DNA from: Podarcis filfolensis
Lineage: Eukaryota
Assembly (NCBI GenBank): GCA_964270895.1
Contig: OZ185449.1
Length of the DNA stretch: 64,000 nucleotides
Direction: 5' to 3' (one strand)
Below the pieces are notes generated by a model. That model ran no database searches and was not told the origin of the DNA. It worked only from the letters and a program-made list of their open reading frames with translations. The translations under genes were made by a program, and so were the position numbers. Below, in pieces: positions 22,999 to 35,653 of this stretch (its first letter is position 1; each line of letters begins with the position of its first letter).

Positions 22999-23555
22999 CA
23001 ACATATTATTGCCATTGTCCTTGCAAATTATTTGATGCAGCTAAATTTCCCAACCATCTGAAGCCCACTCTCCTCATATTAATATGACTGCTGCTCTGTA
23101 TCCTTTCTATATTTTTCCTTGCAAAAAGCAGCACATTTTCACAGACCTATCATTGCTCCTGTTAATTTTGTTTGCTGTGTTAAATGGGTGGATTTTGGTT
23201 TCCTTCTGCTGCATTTGGCAGAGAAGAAAACCAAAATGAGTTAAGCTGCTGCAGTATTTACAAGACTTAGTACGATTTTCCACAGCTCAACCTTTCTTTT
23301 GATCCCTAAAGAGAGAGACAGAGAGAGAGAGAGAGAGGCAGGGAGGGAGGGAGGGAGAGGGAGCTGAGAGATAATTCCATCTCTTGGGTATTTTTTCCTG
23401 CACTGCATTATCAGCCCAGTCTCATATTGGCTGGGCTCATAGCTCAAAGAGTAGAGGACCAAGATCCAACAGTATCTCCACTTAAAGGATATCAGGCAGC
23501 ACAGCCAGAAAAACATATGTTCCTTAAACAAGAGTGGGTAATCTTTCTTCAGCTT

Positions 23556-23697
23556 AGAATCATAGAACTGTAGAGTTGGAAGGCACCACAAAGATCATCT
23601 AGTCCAGCTGTCCGCAATGCAGGAATTTTTTCATTCAGTGTGGTGCTTGAACCCACGACGCTGAGATTAAGAGCCTCATGCTATACCAACAGAGCTA
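23556..23697 (-). mobile_element. tRNA-Lys-like SINE with CR1 tail
   Basis: Minus strand tagctctgttggtatagcatgaggctcttaatctcagcgtcgtgggttcaagc plus tail ccaactctacagttctatgattct. Confidence 0.8.
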
Positions 23698-24139
23698 CAT
23701 TTCTCTATGTAGAACCTCCCAGGGGGCATGTGCCAGTTGTGGGTAGGCTCAGAGGGCAAAAGAGGTCAGAATAATGGATCTGAGGCTTGCATGGTAGGCT
23801 TCATTCCAGACACTAGCGGACAACATGGTGGGGTGGATTACCTGGCCTCCTGGCAGGTGTTTTACTGCTGCTTAGTGGGTGAAGGAGGAATGAGACAGCA
23901 AGGAGGGTGGCATGTTGCAAACACACTAGCCAACCTCCCTGCTTCCTTTTTACTTCCCTTCCTGGTAAGCAGCAGCAACTCAGCGGCTGGTAGGTCAGGT
24001 AAATGCATGCTCCCCACCGTGCCATCTGCTACTGATCCCAGCCAGGCAAAGCTCAAAGGTTTCTACAAGTATATTTTCCCATTTCCACTGAGGAAAGCAT
24101 TATCACAGTTCATGTAATCTGTTTGGATTAACATAACAT

Positions 24140-24560
24140 GCTGTACCTGGGGCTGCCTGTGGAAACTGCTGCAGCCAGATTGCTGACCGCGGCCAGCTAC
24201 AAGGAGAACAGAAATTCCTTCTTGCAACAGCTCCACTGGGTACCGTTCTGTTTCCAGGCACAGTTCAAAGGGCTGGTTATGAGCTATAAAGCTCTATACT
24301 GCTTGACGACCTGAAGGTCTGGATCTCCCTATATAAGCCTGCTCAGGTATTGAGATCTCCAGGGGAGCCTGCCACCCTCACAGGAATGTTTGGGGCCTTT
24401 CCTGTGGCTGCACCCAGATTGTGGAACTTCAATTCATGTAAGGCTGGGCTGACCCCCTTTCTGCTTTCCTTTCGTTGGCAGGCAGAGACCTTTTTGTTCC
24501 AACAGGCCTTTGGCCGCTAGCTGGCTGTTGCATCAGGGTCTTCTGAGAATGGGTATTGCA
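24140..24560 (+). mobile_element. Old L2 ORF2 fragment
   Basis: Degraded equivalents of LYLGLP, AARLL, LQQLHWVPFCFQAQFKGLVMSYKALY and AFPVAAPRLWN. Confidence 0.75.
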
Positions 24561-25626
24561 TATTTTCCTCTCCTCCTGCTGTGCTCTTAGGGAGTTTCAA
24601 GATGTTTTGATTCAGCATGGGTTTTTTTTAATATGGTAACTTGTTATTATTTTAAAATATTTATGACTGATTGCTGTGTTTTTTTAAGCTATGTCCATTT
24701 TCAGTTTCATGTTGTGAACCACCTTGGGTCCTACACTGGGTGAAACATGGGATATTAAACAAACAAACAAACTCTAGCATGCCCCTTCTCCTTCTGGCTA
24801 TTTGTGTTTAAAAAACAACAACTGGCACTTGGAGACTTATGATAGCTTAAGAGAAAAAGGATTTATTTCACCACAAGAATGGTGTACACCCACACCCACA
24901 CACCCACACCTACACCCACACACACCCCAGATGTCACAGGCTTCTCAATCAGATGGTAAGTGTACAATTTTGATTTTCTTCAGTTACCAAAACTTATCAC
25001 AGAGGTGTTACAGCTTAGGTTTTGATACCTTGTGGGTTATAAAACAGGCTGGTACTTTCTGTCTGGCTAGTATTAACCGGCCTATTGTCCTTCTTATTCC
25101 CAAGCTTTAGAAATCTCACACCTGAGGTTCCTCTATTGGACCCAGCATATCAGACCAGGGAATCAATGCACACTCCTCTTCTAACTGATTTGGGATTATT
25201 CTCCTCTCAGTAGAAGATCTATCCCCTTCCTACTGAACTGGGCTGTAAGCAAAGCTCCTCTCCCATAATTTAGCTTCCCAGTTCTCATGTCTGTATACCC
25301 TTAAAAGAAAATGCCGGTAACTGCTGTCTTTCACTCTAACCCCCAGCTCAGAGACTGCCTTCCCTGACTGTATATATTCTCTCAGGGTAGATTTTACACA
25401 GCTCAGAGGTATCACTATTAACAAGCTCAATACCAGGACCAAAACTGCTTTCCTTTCTCCCTCTCAAAGTGCTCCCCCCCTGCAATTATGGCTAGTTGTA
25501 CCTACAGCCAATCAGAGTGAAGTTCCAGCCCAGCACGCTGAGAGCTCCACCACCTGCACTGCACAAGCAAACTCCACTTTAGCCTAGACACATTCTAGAA
25601 GGACTGCAAAGGAAAGCCAGTGCGGC

Positions 25627-25888
25627 CAGTGATGGCTAGTGCCCATGAGACTGATGGAGTGGAAGGCAAGGAGCCCAACAGCAGGTAGAGTGGCAGCCAA
25701 TGACAGACAAGAGCCAAACTGATTCTCATTTTGCCCTCATCTCCTCCCTGCTCCTTCCAAGTGGGCAAAAGCTAGCACCACTTCCTGGTTGGTTGCAAGG
25801 AAGACAGAAGGGAGGCAGGGACTGGATGAGGACAGACTGGGGTTGGAGAGGTAGTGCCCCATGTGCCCTAATGGACATGCCATCACTG
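25627..25888. mobile_element. hAT-like MITE (CAGTG TIR family), copy 1
   Basis: TIRs CAGTGATGGC / GCCATCACTG. Body shared with 55194-55486 and 57711-57983. Confidence 0.7.
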
Positions 25889-27671
25889 AGTGAGCAACGT
25901 GGTAGTATGGAGAGGGCATGGCCAGGGAGAGTGCTGTACAGAGGCACCATCTTATAAGAACGAGGGGAGGCAATGCCGCATATGTGATGTCACACACGAC
26001 ATCAGGCTTCAGTGGCCAGTGGTTCCTCCTCCTCCTCCTGGTGCCACCACTGGTGGGACCCGGCTGCTTTGATCCTCCTTCCCCTCTGTGGCAGGAAATG
26101 GAGGAGAAAGAGTTGGCACTGGAACCACACTGCAGTCAGCTACGCACTTCGCCTCTGTACTTTGGGGTCATTGGGGACCCGAATTCTTGGTGCCGTAGGA
26201 AGTCCAATCAGACTGTCAAAAAAGAATAAAGGGGACTCAGTCATAAGGATAAATTATTGCTGCTGGCTTTTTGTTATTGCACAATTGCATTATGTATTGT
26301 ATTGTATTGTTCTTTGTGACATGTTTACTTTTATTCCATTGACTACTGTATACCATTCTGGTATCTGCATGACTGAAGGGTGGCTTACATATATATTATA
26401 ATGAAATAAATAAAATAAGATGGTTGTGTCCAATATTGGTCATGCTCAGAGTCAACCCATTGAAATTAATGGAAAGGATAACTTAGTACAATAATTTCAA
26501 TAGCTCAGTGCCAGGGATGAGGAACCTCAGGCCTGAGGGCCAATTGAGATCCTCCAGCCCTTGGGACTCTCCTCAGATCACAACTCCCCCCAAGTTCCAC
26601 TAGGTATTTTTGCTTGGCTGAAATATGCCATAGAACTCTCATGATGCCACTTGTTTTCCTGGATGGAGAGGGGTGAGTTAGCATGTGCAGAAACTAGCTT
26701 ACCTCCACAAAGGTAAAATTTATATTCATTGCTTCGACCACTTTTGCCTCTGGCTACAACCACCATATGTGGCCCCTGGAAGTTTGGCCTACGATTAATA
26801 GAATATGAGAGTCCATAATATATAAAAGCAATTATTGTGTGATCAGATATGTGATCAGGAACATTTCAACCGCAACTGTATGTTTGAAATTATAATATTG
26901 GCCTACCTAACAAGGATGCTGCCAGGAAGGATTACTATGAAAAGGCATGTGAAATGTTTTCAATACCAGAGGCAATCTAAACATTAAGCAGTGGTTCATT
27001 TCTGTAGGTTTGAATAGGTCTGAATCTAGCTTTTGAAATGAACAGGTATCATTCCTTGTTCTTGCCTCTTTATTATTATATTTTTCTTTGCTGTATTTTG
27101 CAGAGAAAACTCCAGAGAGTGGGATCTCCCCCTTTCTCCTGCAGTGATAATTTAGGTGAAATCACTGTTCTGTTCTCATGTATCCCAGGCAGTAACATGA
27201 CACAAGGTCTTGTTTTTCAGACTTTTTTTTTTTTAAGTATAGGCTCCTGTGATAGAGCTGTTTATTAATGCTTTGCTAGCATAGATGGTACAGTAGCTAG
27301 AATGCTATTTGTGTACCACCTGCAGGTACTTTTCAACTTAGTTTCCCTCTATTTCCTTTGATAAGAATCATATTGTGACTTCAGAGTAAAAATGTGGCTT
27401 GCTGGATCAAGATTTGTACAGCTCTACTATTCTGTACACATCTCGCAGATGGTACACTCACTGAATGTTATATGTGAATAACCATACAAGTGTACAGCTC
27501 AATATGTGCAACAGGTATACTCACTGAATGCAACATGTGAACTATAGGGTTGCTCACACATTAGAATGAACAGAATCATAAGCTGTCTCTGCACAAGTGT
27601 TTGAGTGAAATGCTTGCTGATTTGTGAAGCTTAGCTGTTCTGTACACTCATTGAATGTTAGATGTGAAAAC

Positions 27672-28120
27672 TGTTAGAATTCCTGCTCCATGATTGCAGT
27701 CATGGGATTGTTATCTATCACATGATGGTATATGTTTTCATTCCACAGAGTAGGAAGTGACGGAGACAGGATGTTTGTGTTACTGTGTTCCGTGAAGTGG
27801 GATTATTGTCCTTTGCTCTTTCTCTTTGCTGTCTGATGCTAGAGAGAGAGGGAGCCATGTTGCAGTGCTCCGTGTGTGTTTATATGTAAATAAAGTAGAT
27901 TAGCCAAAATGCTGAGTTGCTGAGGGCTGTTATGCAAGGTGCAAAGACTCTGTGGATCCCTAAGTGTGCCGATGTCTGTTGGCATTGGTCGCTGTGATGT
28001 TCAGGCAGGTTGTAAGCATGAAGCTCCCAAACGATCGACCAGGAGGGAGGGAACATGCCAGTCTGCCAGGGTCCTACTTGAGTGTAGGACGAGCTGTAGG
28101 ACGATGAGTATACTATTCCT
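27672..28120 (+). mobile_element. LTR-like repeat (probable solo LTR, 3' end unclear)
   Basis: Starts TGTTAG, CpG-richer than its flanks, AATAAA at about 27888. No clear CA end or TSD found. Confidence 0.5.
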
Positions 28121-29009
28121 TTGTTGTGGACACTTGTTGAACGTAACATACAAACATGCCATTGGTAAAAAAAATGGGTAACCGAGTTGCTAGAAAGACC
28201 AGATCCAGGATGGTGGTAGGTAGGCAACAATAAGCAACACATCTAGCATCACTTTAGTTTGGCCATGATGGGAGCTCAAAAACTTGAGTTTGCTATTAAA
28301 GAGAACAATTACCACATGTGTTCCACTTGGATCAATATTTGTCTCTGCTTCCTGTTATGAAGGTTACAAATTCAAATTAAACATTTAATAGGGTGGCAAT
28401 TTTATAATTTGTACTTCTGCTTCTATAGTTAAGTTTTATGAAACTCGTATGAAACCTGCAACTATGTGAAAAATAATCTGGCTTTAGCTTTTATTACGAG
28501 TTGGCTTTCAGCCCAGGTTTGTTAAAGATCCTTTGAAGTCTTTTTTTTTTTATTAAAAAAAAAATATTTTCAGTGAATCAAACCCAACTGATTCTTTGGG
28601 GATTAGCAGTATAAAATTAATGGTTTCACCCAATATCAAATGAGCTGGTTTGCATTCAAGTCCCAATTAGACGTGTACAACAAATCCAGACCTTAGGATA
28701 AAATCTCATCTTTGTTCCATGTCAGTAGTTTTGGGTGGGGATCTACATCAGCGAGGAACAGTAGGTTTTAATAGGTTAGGCCCACACAATGTGTGTCTTG
28801 CTGAGTCAAAAACAGCTTACTAGCTATGAATGATGATCTATCAGGAAAAGAGGGTGCTATACATTTTTGCTGCCTTTTGCCCCCTACAAGTGCCTACCCC
28901 TACTCAGGTCTGGAGCCAGTCCTAAATTTCTCTGTGCTACCTGTTCTGCTTTTCAGAGGATCTGAATTCTCCACTGTGTAACTGTGCCCAATGGGGTTAA
29001 GGTGTAGGG

Positions 29010-29242
29010 CATGGGTAGGCAAAGTAAGGCCCGGGGGCCGGATCCAGCCCAATTGCCTTCTAAATCTGCAGATGGTCTGGGAATTAGCATGTTTTTACAT
29101 GAGGAGAATGTGTCCTTTTATTTAAAATGCATCTCTGGGTTATTTGTGGGGCATAGGAATTCGTTCACCCCCCCCAATATAGTCCAGCCCCCAACAAGGT
29201 CTGAGGGACAGTCGACCTGCTGAAAAAGTTTGCTGACCCCTG
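29010..29242. mobile_element. hAT (Charlie-like) MITE
   Basis: TIRs CATGGGTAGGCAAAGT / AGTTTGCTGACCCCTG. Perfect 8-bp TSD GTGTAGGG (29002-29009, 29243-29250) with central TA. Confidence 0.93.
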
Positions 29243-29290
29243 GTGTAGGGCTTTAATGTAGTTGACTTGGGTGCTTTCTTAAGAAATTAG

Positions 29291-29700
29291 TAAAGGGTAA
29301 AGGGACCCCTGACTGTTAGGTCCAGTCGTGGACGACTCTGGGGTTGCGGCTCTCATCTCGCTTTACTGGCCGAGGGAGCCAGTATTTGTCCACAGACAGT
29401 TTTTCCAGGTAATAATAATAATTTATTATTTATACCCTGCCCATCTGGCTGGGTTTTCCCAGCCACTCTGGGCGGCTTCCAACAAAGTATTAAAATACAG
29501 TAGGTCATGAGGCCAGCATGACTAAGCCGCTTCTGGTGAACCAGAGCAGTGCATGGAAATGCTGTTTAGCTTCCCGCCGGAGCGGTATCTATTTATCTAC
29601 TTGCACTTTGACGTGCTTTCGAACTGCTAGGTTGGCAGGAGCAGGGACCAAGCAACGGGAGCTCGCATTGTCACGGAGATTCGAACCGCCAACCTTCTGA
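29291..29700 (-). mobile_element. Sauria SINE (5'-truncated) interrupted by an L2 tail
   Basis: Sauria body on both sides of an insert at 29411-29501; aggt duplicated at the junctions. Confidence 0.92.
29411..29501 (-). mobile_element. L2 3'-terminal fragment nested in a Sauria SINE
   Basis: aataataataatttattatttataccctgcccatctggctggg...cagccactctgggcggcttccaac, nearly identical to 18040-18115. Confidence 0.92.
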
Positions 29701-29809
29701 GGATTAGGAAATAAAATAAACATTTCAAAATTTGAAATAGAAGAGTGGTTAAATCACATGAGCAACGTCAATATCATAAACATCGGAGCTCCAATGGATC
29801 TATCAAAAT

Positions 29810-30245
29810 ACCCACCTAGGCCAGCATTATGTCTCATGGTGGCCATCCAGATGTCTTTGGGAAGTTCACAAACAGTACATGAGCACATTATCCCTCTCCC
29901 CACTTGTGAGTCCCAGCACTACTTTCAGAACCAAGGATCCTATGATCACGGAAGCGGCATAGAGTCATCATAGCTGGCAGCCATTTCTAGTTTTATCTTC
30001 CATTACTTTATTCAACTCCATTTTAAACCATTTCAGTTGAGAGTCATCAAGATGTTTTATGGACACAAATTCCAATTGTGCACTGTTTGAAGAAGTACTT
30101 CCTTTTGTCGGTCCTAAATCTTTCATCCTTCTTCTCCATTGGACAGCACAAGGATCTAGTATGATGAGAGAGGGATAAAAACCTCTCTATATCCACTTTC
30201 TCAACACCATGAACAATTCTGTCATGCCTCCCTTTCTTGTCTAGC
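29810..30245 (-). mobile_element. CR1 LINE 3' fragment
   Basis: Minus frame IVHGVEKVDIERFLSLSHHTRS...RFRTDKRKYFFKQ (CR1 RT C-terminus), followed by the CR1 3'UTR. Confidence 0.88.
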
Positions 30246-31591
30246 AGTTTTTGGACTCTTTCTTTGTAAAGATGGATCTGGCCATAGTTGGCATGATCAC
30301 CACTCAGTAGCTGGGCACATGTTTCATTTGCAAAAGGTGCAAGGTCCAATCTTTTGGTATCTGTTAAAACAGAGGTAGGGAACCTCATTGTCATGCTCCA
30401 GGTGCTGTTGGACTCTGGCTGTCATCAGCCACAGCAGGGGGGGCAACTTGGAAAAAAATACAGAAGGCGGCAGGTAAGCCCCACCTTGACACACGACACA
30501 GTGCATGCACACCATTTGAATGGCAATGCCCATCAACTTTGGGGGTGGTGGCCCCCTGAAATATTTCATTGGGGGCCCTGAAGAACCACTCAGCCCCTAG
30601 AAGTTTGCTCCTATGAGCCACAGTTAGGATGGCCAATAGTCAGGGATGGTGGGAGTTGCAGTACAACATCTAGAAGGCCACAGGTGAGTTAGCCCTTTAG
30701 TAAAAGGATGGAGCAGTAGAGATGAGAAAGATGTCTAACTTAAATCATGGGGAAATTAGGTAAAGGACCCACTGATCTGAGTTAGTGTCGGGCAGCCAGT
30801 TCATATAGACCAGTGTTCAGAGTGTTCTGGGTAAGTCTAACGTGGGCTGCTGAACAGTTCTGGGGCATGGAACATTTCACTGGAACTTGGTTGCACTCTC
30901 ACTACAGACTACTTTGGTGACACTTTACTTTGCTGGACACAAAAATGTAAAGATTTTCTAATCCTCTTAGAAAAGTTTTATCTGCCAGTCAGCATGCTTA
31001 CTTATGGTATGGGGAGATAAGTGCCTTTTTAAAGACATATGTTTTGGAAGGTGTGCAGGGGAGGAGATTTGGAGCCTGCAGGATTTCACTTGGAGAGGCG
31101 ATGGAACAAGACTGATTTGCATAAATGCTTCCTTTCTTCCTCTTTTCTTTTCTTTTCTTTTTGGGCCGCCAGTGATTGTGGAAGTGAAGGAAGTGATAGG
31201 TTATGCCCTGGAGAAATGTGTGCATATTGGAAGCTGGCTAGAAATTAACACAAGGTTGGTAGGTGGAATGTCCTGATTGCAATGCATGCAGCATCGGAAA
31301 AGATTTACAGCCCTTATTAAAATAGAATAAAAATCCCAACAGGAGTCCAGCCCCATCTATTTGCATTTATTTTCATTGAGGGCTTAACAAACATAAACAT
31401 CAACCATGTTCTGACTTCATTTTAAAAACAAGTTGAGACATCTTTTTAAATTATTATTATAATTATGAAGTCTCATTGGCCTTTTGGTCGGCTTAAACAT
31501 GAAATTGATTGCCACTTTGCTGCTCAAAGATTTGGAAGGCCCCTGGGCAACATGATCTCTTCAGGCATCTCTCCTTGAGTGGGTCTGTCAC

Positions 31592-32000
31592 TAGGGATGA
31601 CGGGGAAGAAATTTGATTCAGTTTGCATTTAAAGGCAAGTCTGCGCATTTTGCACTTCCTGAAACAGCCATGCTTAGAAATTGACTTTTTCAATACAGTT
31701 GTCCAGCCAAGTAATGTGTATAATAATGTGTCTACTAGGTAACTTGTATGTGAAAATGCATATGTTTGTGACAATTGCATATAAAAGAAGCATCTTGTTA
31801 GGGAAAGTTGCTTGCAAAAATACGTTATTGTATATAAAGATGGGTATATTAGGATAAATTCACACTAAAATGCTGATGAATTTTTATGAGGCCTTTAAAA
31901 AGAGTAATAATTTGCAAACTGATGTGGAAATGTGGAAAAATTGAACTTAAGATTAGAAAAATAAGAAAGAAACCCTAAATTGGCAGGTTCACTCATCCCT
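31592..32000 (+). mobile_element. Ac-like hAT non-autonomous element
   Basis: Ends TAGGGATG / CATCCCT resemble Ac-type TIRs. Body recurs at about 17700-17870, 21866-22572, 42075-42511, 52454-52890 and 58330-58735. Confidence 0.7.
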
Positions 32001-32003
32001 TTC

Positions 32004-32250
32004 TGTTATGTACTGAAGTTCTCACCCTGGGCCAGCAGGGGGATACTGTAGATAGTTATGCAAATAAGGGATCAAAAGTGACGTTCAGTGATTGGATAGT
32101 TTTAGAAAACTGTTACAGTTATGTTCTACTGGAGCTCTATATAAGCAGGCTGACTGAACCCTTCAGTTCAGTTCTGTTCTGGCCTGTGAATAAACAACAG
32201 CTGTTTGAAGAATCGCTGTGTTGTCTGATATGTTCACCCACAACTTAACA
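32004..32250 (+). mobile_element. 247-bp solo LTR
   Basis: TGTTA...TAACA termini, TATATAA at 32138-32144, AATAAA at 32189-32194, perfect 5-bp TSD CTTTC (31999-32003, 32251-32255). Confidence 0.88.
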
Positions 32251-32850
32251 CTTTCCACCCCTTAGTCTCCCACATTGCTATGGTTGTCCATTCACTTCTC
32301 TCATCCCTTGAGAATAATTCCTCCAGCCCTGGCCAGAGAGAAGGGGAAAAGTGAGCTGTAGCTGCTGACCCTTCTCCTGCCTATAAATGCTTTGCTTGGA
32401 GAACTTAGGGGAACAGGCAGCACAAAGAGGGAGACAAGACTCTTGGGGCCACGAGACTCTTGGGGTCAGTGGCAAACACCCTGAACAATGCCAAGCCCTG
32501 CTGTTCAACACTTCCTGGAGCAGCCATAGGTTCTAGGGGAAATCCTGCAGAGTTTTGCTTCTTACTATTGGTTACTTATGGCATTGTATGATATTCTTTT
32601 ATTCACAAATGTACTATTGCTATGTTAATATTTTCCAGTTGTAGCTTTTAAGTGGCATTTGGGAGAGAGGGGAAGATGGGGGAACATTTTTTTTTACAGA
32701 AATGACTTTTAACCTTGCTGCCCCCATACTCTTTTATTTGAGCCATTGTTGGGGAAAAGATACATTGGAGCATTTTGGATTGGGCAGGGTGACCACTTGA
32801 ACTCTGGACCTTTGCACATCTTGGCAGGGAGGGGACAGCTGGTTGGGCCA

Positions 32851-33060
32851 AGGAGGTGATTAATGCTTTCTTGTAAAAGGGGGTGGTTCCTGCCTGCTTG
32901 AAGGAGGCAATGGTAAAACCATTCCTCAAGAAAACCTCGTTGGATTTGGAAAATCTAAGTACCAGACCGTTGCCAATCTCCCCTTCTTGGGCAAGTTTCT
33001 TGAGTGGGTGTTTGTGGACCAGATCCAGGCACTCTTGGAGGAAACTGATTTTCTAGACTC
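32851..33060 (+). mobile_element. L2 reverse-transcriptase N-terminal fragment, degraded
   Basis: EVINAFL*KGVVPACLKEAMVKPFLKKTSLDLENL, then a frameshift, then RPVANLPFLGKFLE..DQIQALLEETDFLD. Confidence 0.85.
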
Positions 33061-35514
33061 TGGTCTTAAACCAGCTAGGTTTTTGTGGTTTGTTTTGTTT
33101 GTTTTTGTTTTAAGAATCACTGAATAAATATGAAGGGTCAATACATATCATTTAACTGTACAATTGGTGGGGAAAACCTAGGATTTATTAGTGGTTCCAG
33201 AGTCAGCTTCCTGTGTGCATTTTGCTGACCACACAGAGATCTAACTGGAAGATGTTTCTGCAAACAAAAGAGCAATTGGGGTGATTAGCAATCTTCAATG
33301 ACACCTCTCCCCAATCCTTAGAGCTCTCCAATCAGGCATTAAGCAACACACAAATGCACACATACAATGTGCAAGCAGATGGTGGGGCGATAATTGTTTC
33401 GTGAGGCAGATGGCAATATCTTGTCCCTGCTTCTTCATTTCTGTGTTCCTGAGCAGTTGCATGGTCCGGTATTTCTGAGACTATGAAATACAACACTCTT
33501 TAAATAACTCTTGGTATAGAGTGATTTGTTCAAAATGAAGCTGGGGCTGTTTAAAACAAGGCTTGCTAGGAGACTTATCAGTGTTCAGCAAGGCTGTAAT
33601 CTAGTGGAACAGTGGTTGACATTGAGCCTATATCCTTGCCAGTTGCACAACAGCTTCTTTTCAGTGTAGCATGGCAGCAGGTAGAATGGCAGAAGGAAAC
33701 TCTCTCCCCCCCCGCCCCGTAATGGACAAACTCAGTGCACCACAGGGATAAGGGTAGGGCTGGTGTGAGAGTCTGCAGTGACAGCATGTACAGACATGCC
33801 TGGAATTCCAAGTTAGTAGAAAGTGAGGCATAGCACATGTGATTATAATCTCTAGCATAAAGGATCTTTTCTCCACTTAGGCAGCTTAAGATGTGAAAAC
33901 AAATACTTATTTGCTGTTGAATCTGAGCTTTACTAGAATTATCTTTTAATCTTCTGTTTATTTATTTTTCCTGCCTGCGATGAGACCCATAAACCGCATG
34001 AAAGAAACAGTATGTTTAGCAAGGAGCTTGTGATTAAGAGTCGTGCCAAATATCCTCCAGTTTCAATTTTCAGATGGAAAGTAGCAGGTTTGGTCAACTA
34101 GAATTTCTGTCTGAAAAACACACTCAGGTCACATCTGCATGGCACATAATTTCCCCCAAAGATTCCTAAGAAGCCTGTAGTTTATGCCTTAACATAGCTA
34201 CGATTTCTAGTATTCTTAACAACTTAACACCCGCAAGACAAAGAAAAGATTGGCAGATTGATAGGCCTTTCTCTGTTTGAATCTGCTTTAAATCTATGGA
34301 GTGCCTTTAAGATTATGCAATTATCCTCTGCTCCTCAATACTGTTGGGAAACTGTTGTTTATTCTGGCTGCTGCTGCTTCCTCTTTGCTTAGTGAGTCAT
34401 GTGGGTAATGCCACCCAATCAAATATCCTATAGTGCAGGGGTGGGGAACTTTTTTCAGCCCAAGGACCACATTAGATTGTGGGCAACCTTCTGAGGACTG
34501 CATACCAATGATGAGTGTGGCCACAAGCAAAAATGGACTTACGTCAATAACTGGAAAATTTCACAATGCTAAAAACAACAACATGGCCATGTGAAATGGG
34601 CACTGTAGGTTGATTCAAATAGGTAGAACATTGTGACTTACCTTGTACATTCAGCATCACTGTGCATTCATTTGAACCGGCTGAATGTAGGCTCTTAAAA
34701 ATGACAAAGTCCTTCAAATGTTAATCTTGTTCTTTATTTCTGTTGTCCTCTCTCTCTCTTTCTGTCTTAAAACCTCCAAAGCCCTCCTGTATAGCAGAGA
34801 TTCGCAGCCCACATCAGCTGACATATTTTGAGTCATCTCTGTTGTAAACACCTAAGTATTCATTTAATGCTTGAATTATTTTACCATCTTTGGTGGCTGT
34901 ATTTCTCATTCTGTTCTTAAATGGTCTTTCTTCATCCTTCACTGAACCTCCCTTTTCGCTGCTCAGAAAGCTTCTTGCTGTTAAGAATCTCCAGCTACAT
35001 TCACTCTACATTTATTTCTATTTCCTCCATAGTTCTAACTTTTAAACACATAGCTCAGGTTTGTCCCAATTTTCAACCATTTTTAAAGGCACATGCACAC
35101 ACACTTGTACCACTCGTTCTCTCTTTATCCTTTTAAAGTAGCAGACCAGCTTTGTGAACAGCCACCCTTCACACTTATAGAGTCCCTGTGATCCACTTCA
35201 ATTACTGAGATCCTCTAACGAGGCACTTGTAGTTTCCCAATCTTCTGTACATCAGTCAGCCTTTAGTAGGGACCAAGCCTTTATTGTGGCTTGTGAAACT
35301 CCTTGCTAGTAGAGGTTCACCATGGATTGAGGATTAAATCTGTAAATTATTTTTTAATTTAATTAATGTTAGAATTTACCTCCAAAGCATTAAGAAAGTG
35401 ACCTCATGCAGTCCCTTCTGTATTGATTCAGGAACTCTATGAATGTCATCCTGTCTGGCAATCATGCATTTGTGGTTTTGACTGAAAATCTCAAACATCA
35501 GGCATCGCTCCTGC

Positions 35515-35653
35515 NNNNNNNNNNNNNNNNNNNNNNNNNNNNNNNNNNNNNNNNNNNNNNNNNNNNNNNNNNNNNNNNNNNNNNNNNNNNNNNNNNNNNN
35601 NNNNNNNNNNNNNNNNNNNNNNNNNNNNNNNNNNNNNNNNNNNNNNNNNNNNN
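35515..35653. other. Assembly gap (139 N)
   Basis: Direct reading. Confidence 1.

Noticed and set aside
24856-24961. His/Pro/Thr-rich exon ending at CAGATG|GTAAGT
   Set aside because: Openness in all frames is due to a degenerate (CA/CCA)n low-complexity tract; there is no other support.
25918-26401. GC-richer overlapping ORFs (103 and 129 aa)
   Set aside because: No recognisable domain; directly follows a MITE and ends in an L2-like tail remnant.
27452-27668. CRISPR-like repeat-spacer array
   Set aside because: Vertebrate context, only three degenerate non-palindromic repeats, irregular spacing and no cas genes.
31115-31122. Octamer ATTTGCAT as a POU enhancer or snRNA promoter
   Set aside because: Single 8-mer that also occurs at 14538 and within SINEs; no PSE or snRNA nearby.
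31584-32009. 8-bp TSD (tctgtcac/tctgttat) for the hAT element
   Set aside because: The right-hand copy overlaps the start of the later solo LTR, so the match is accidental.
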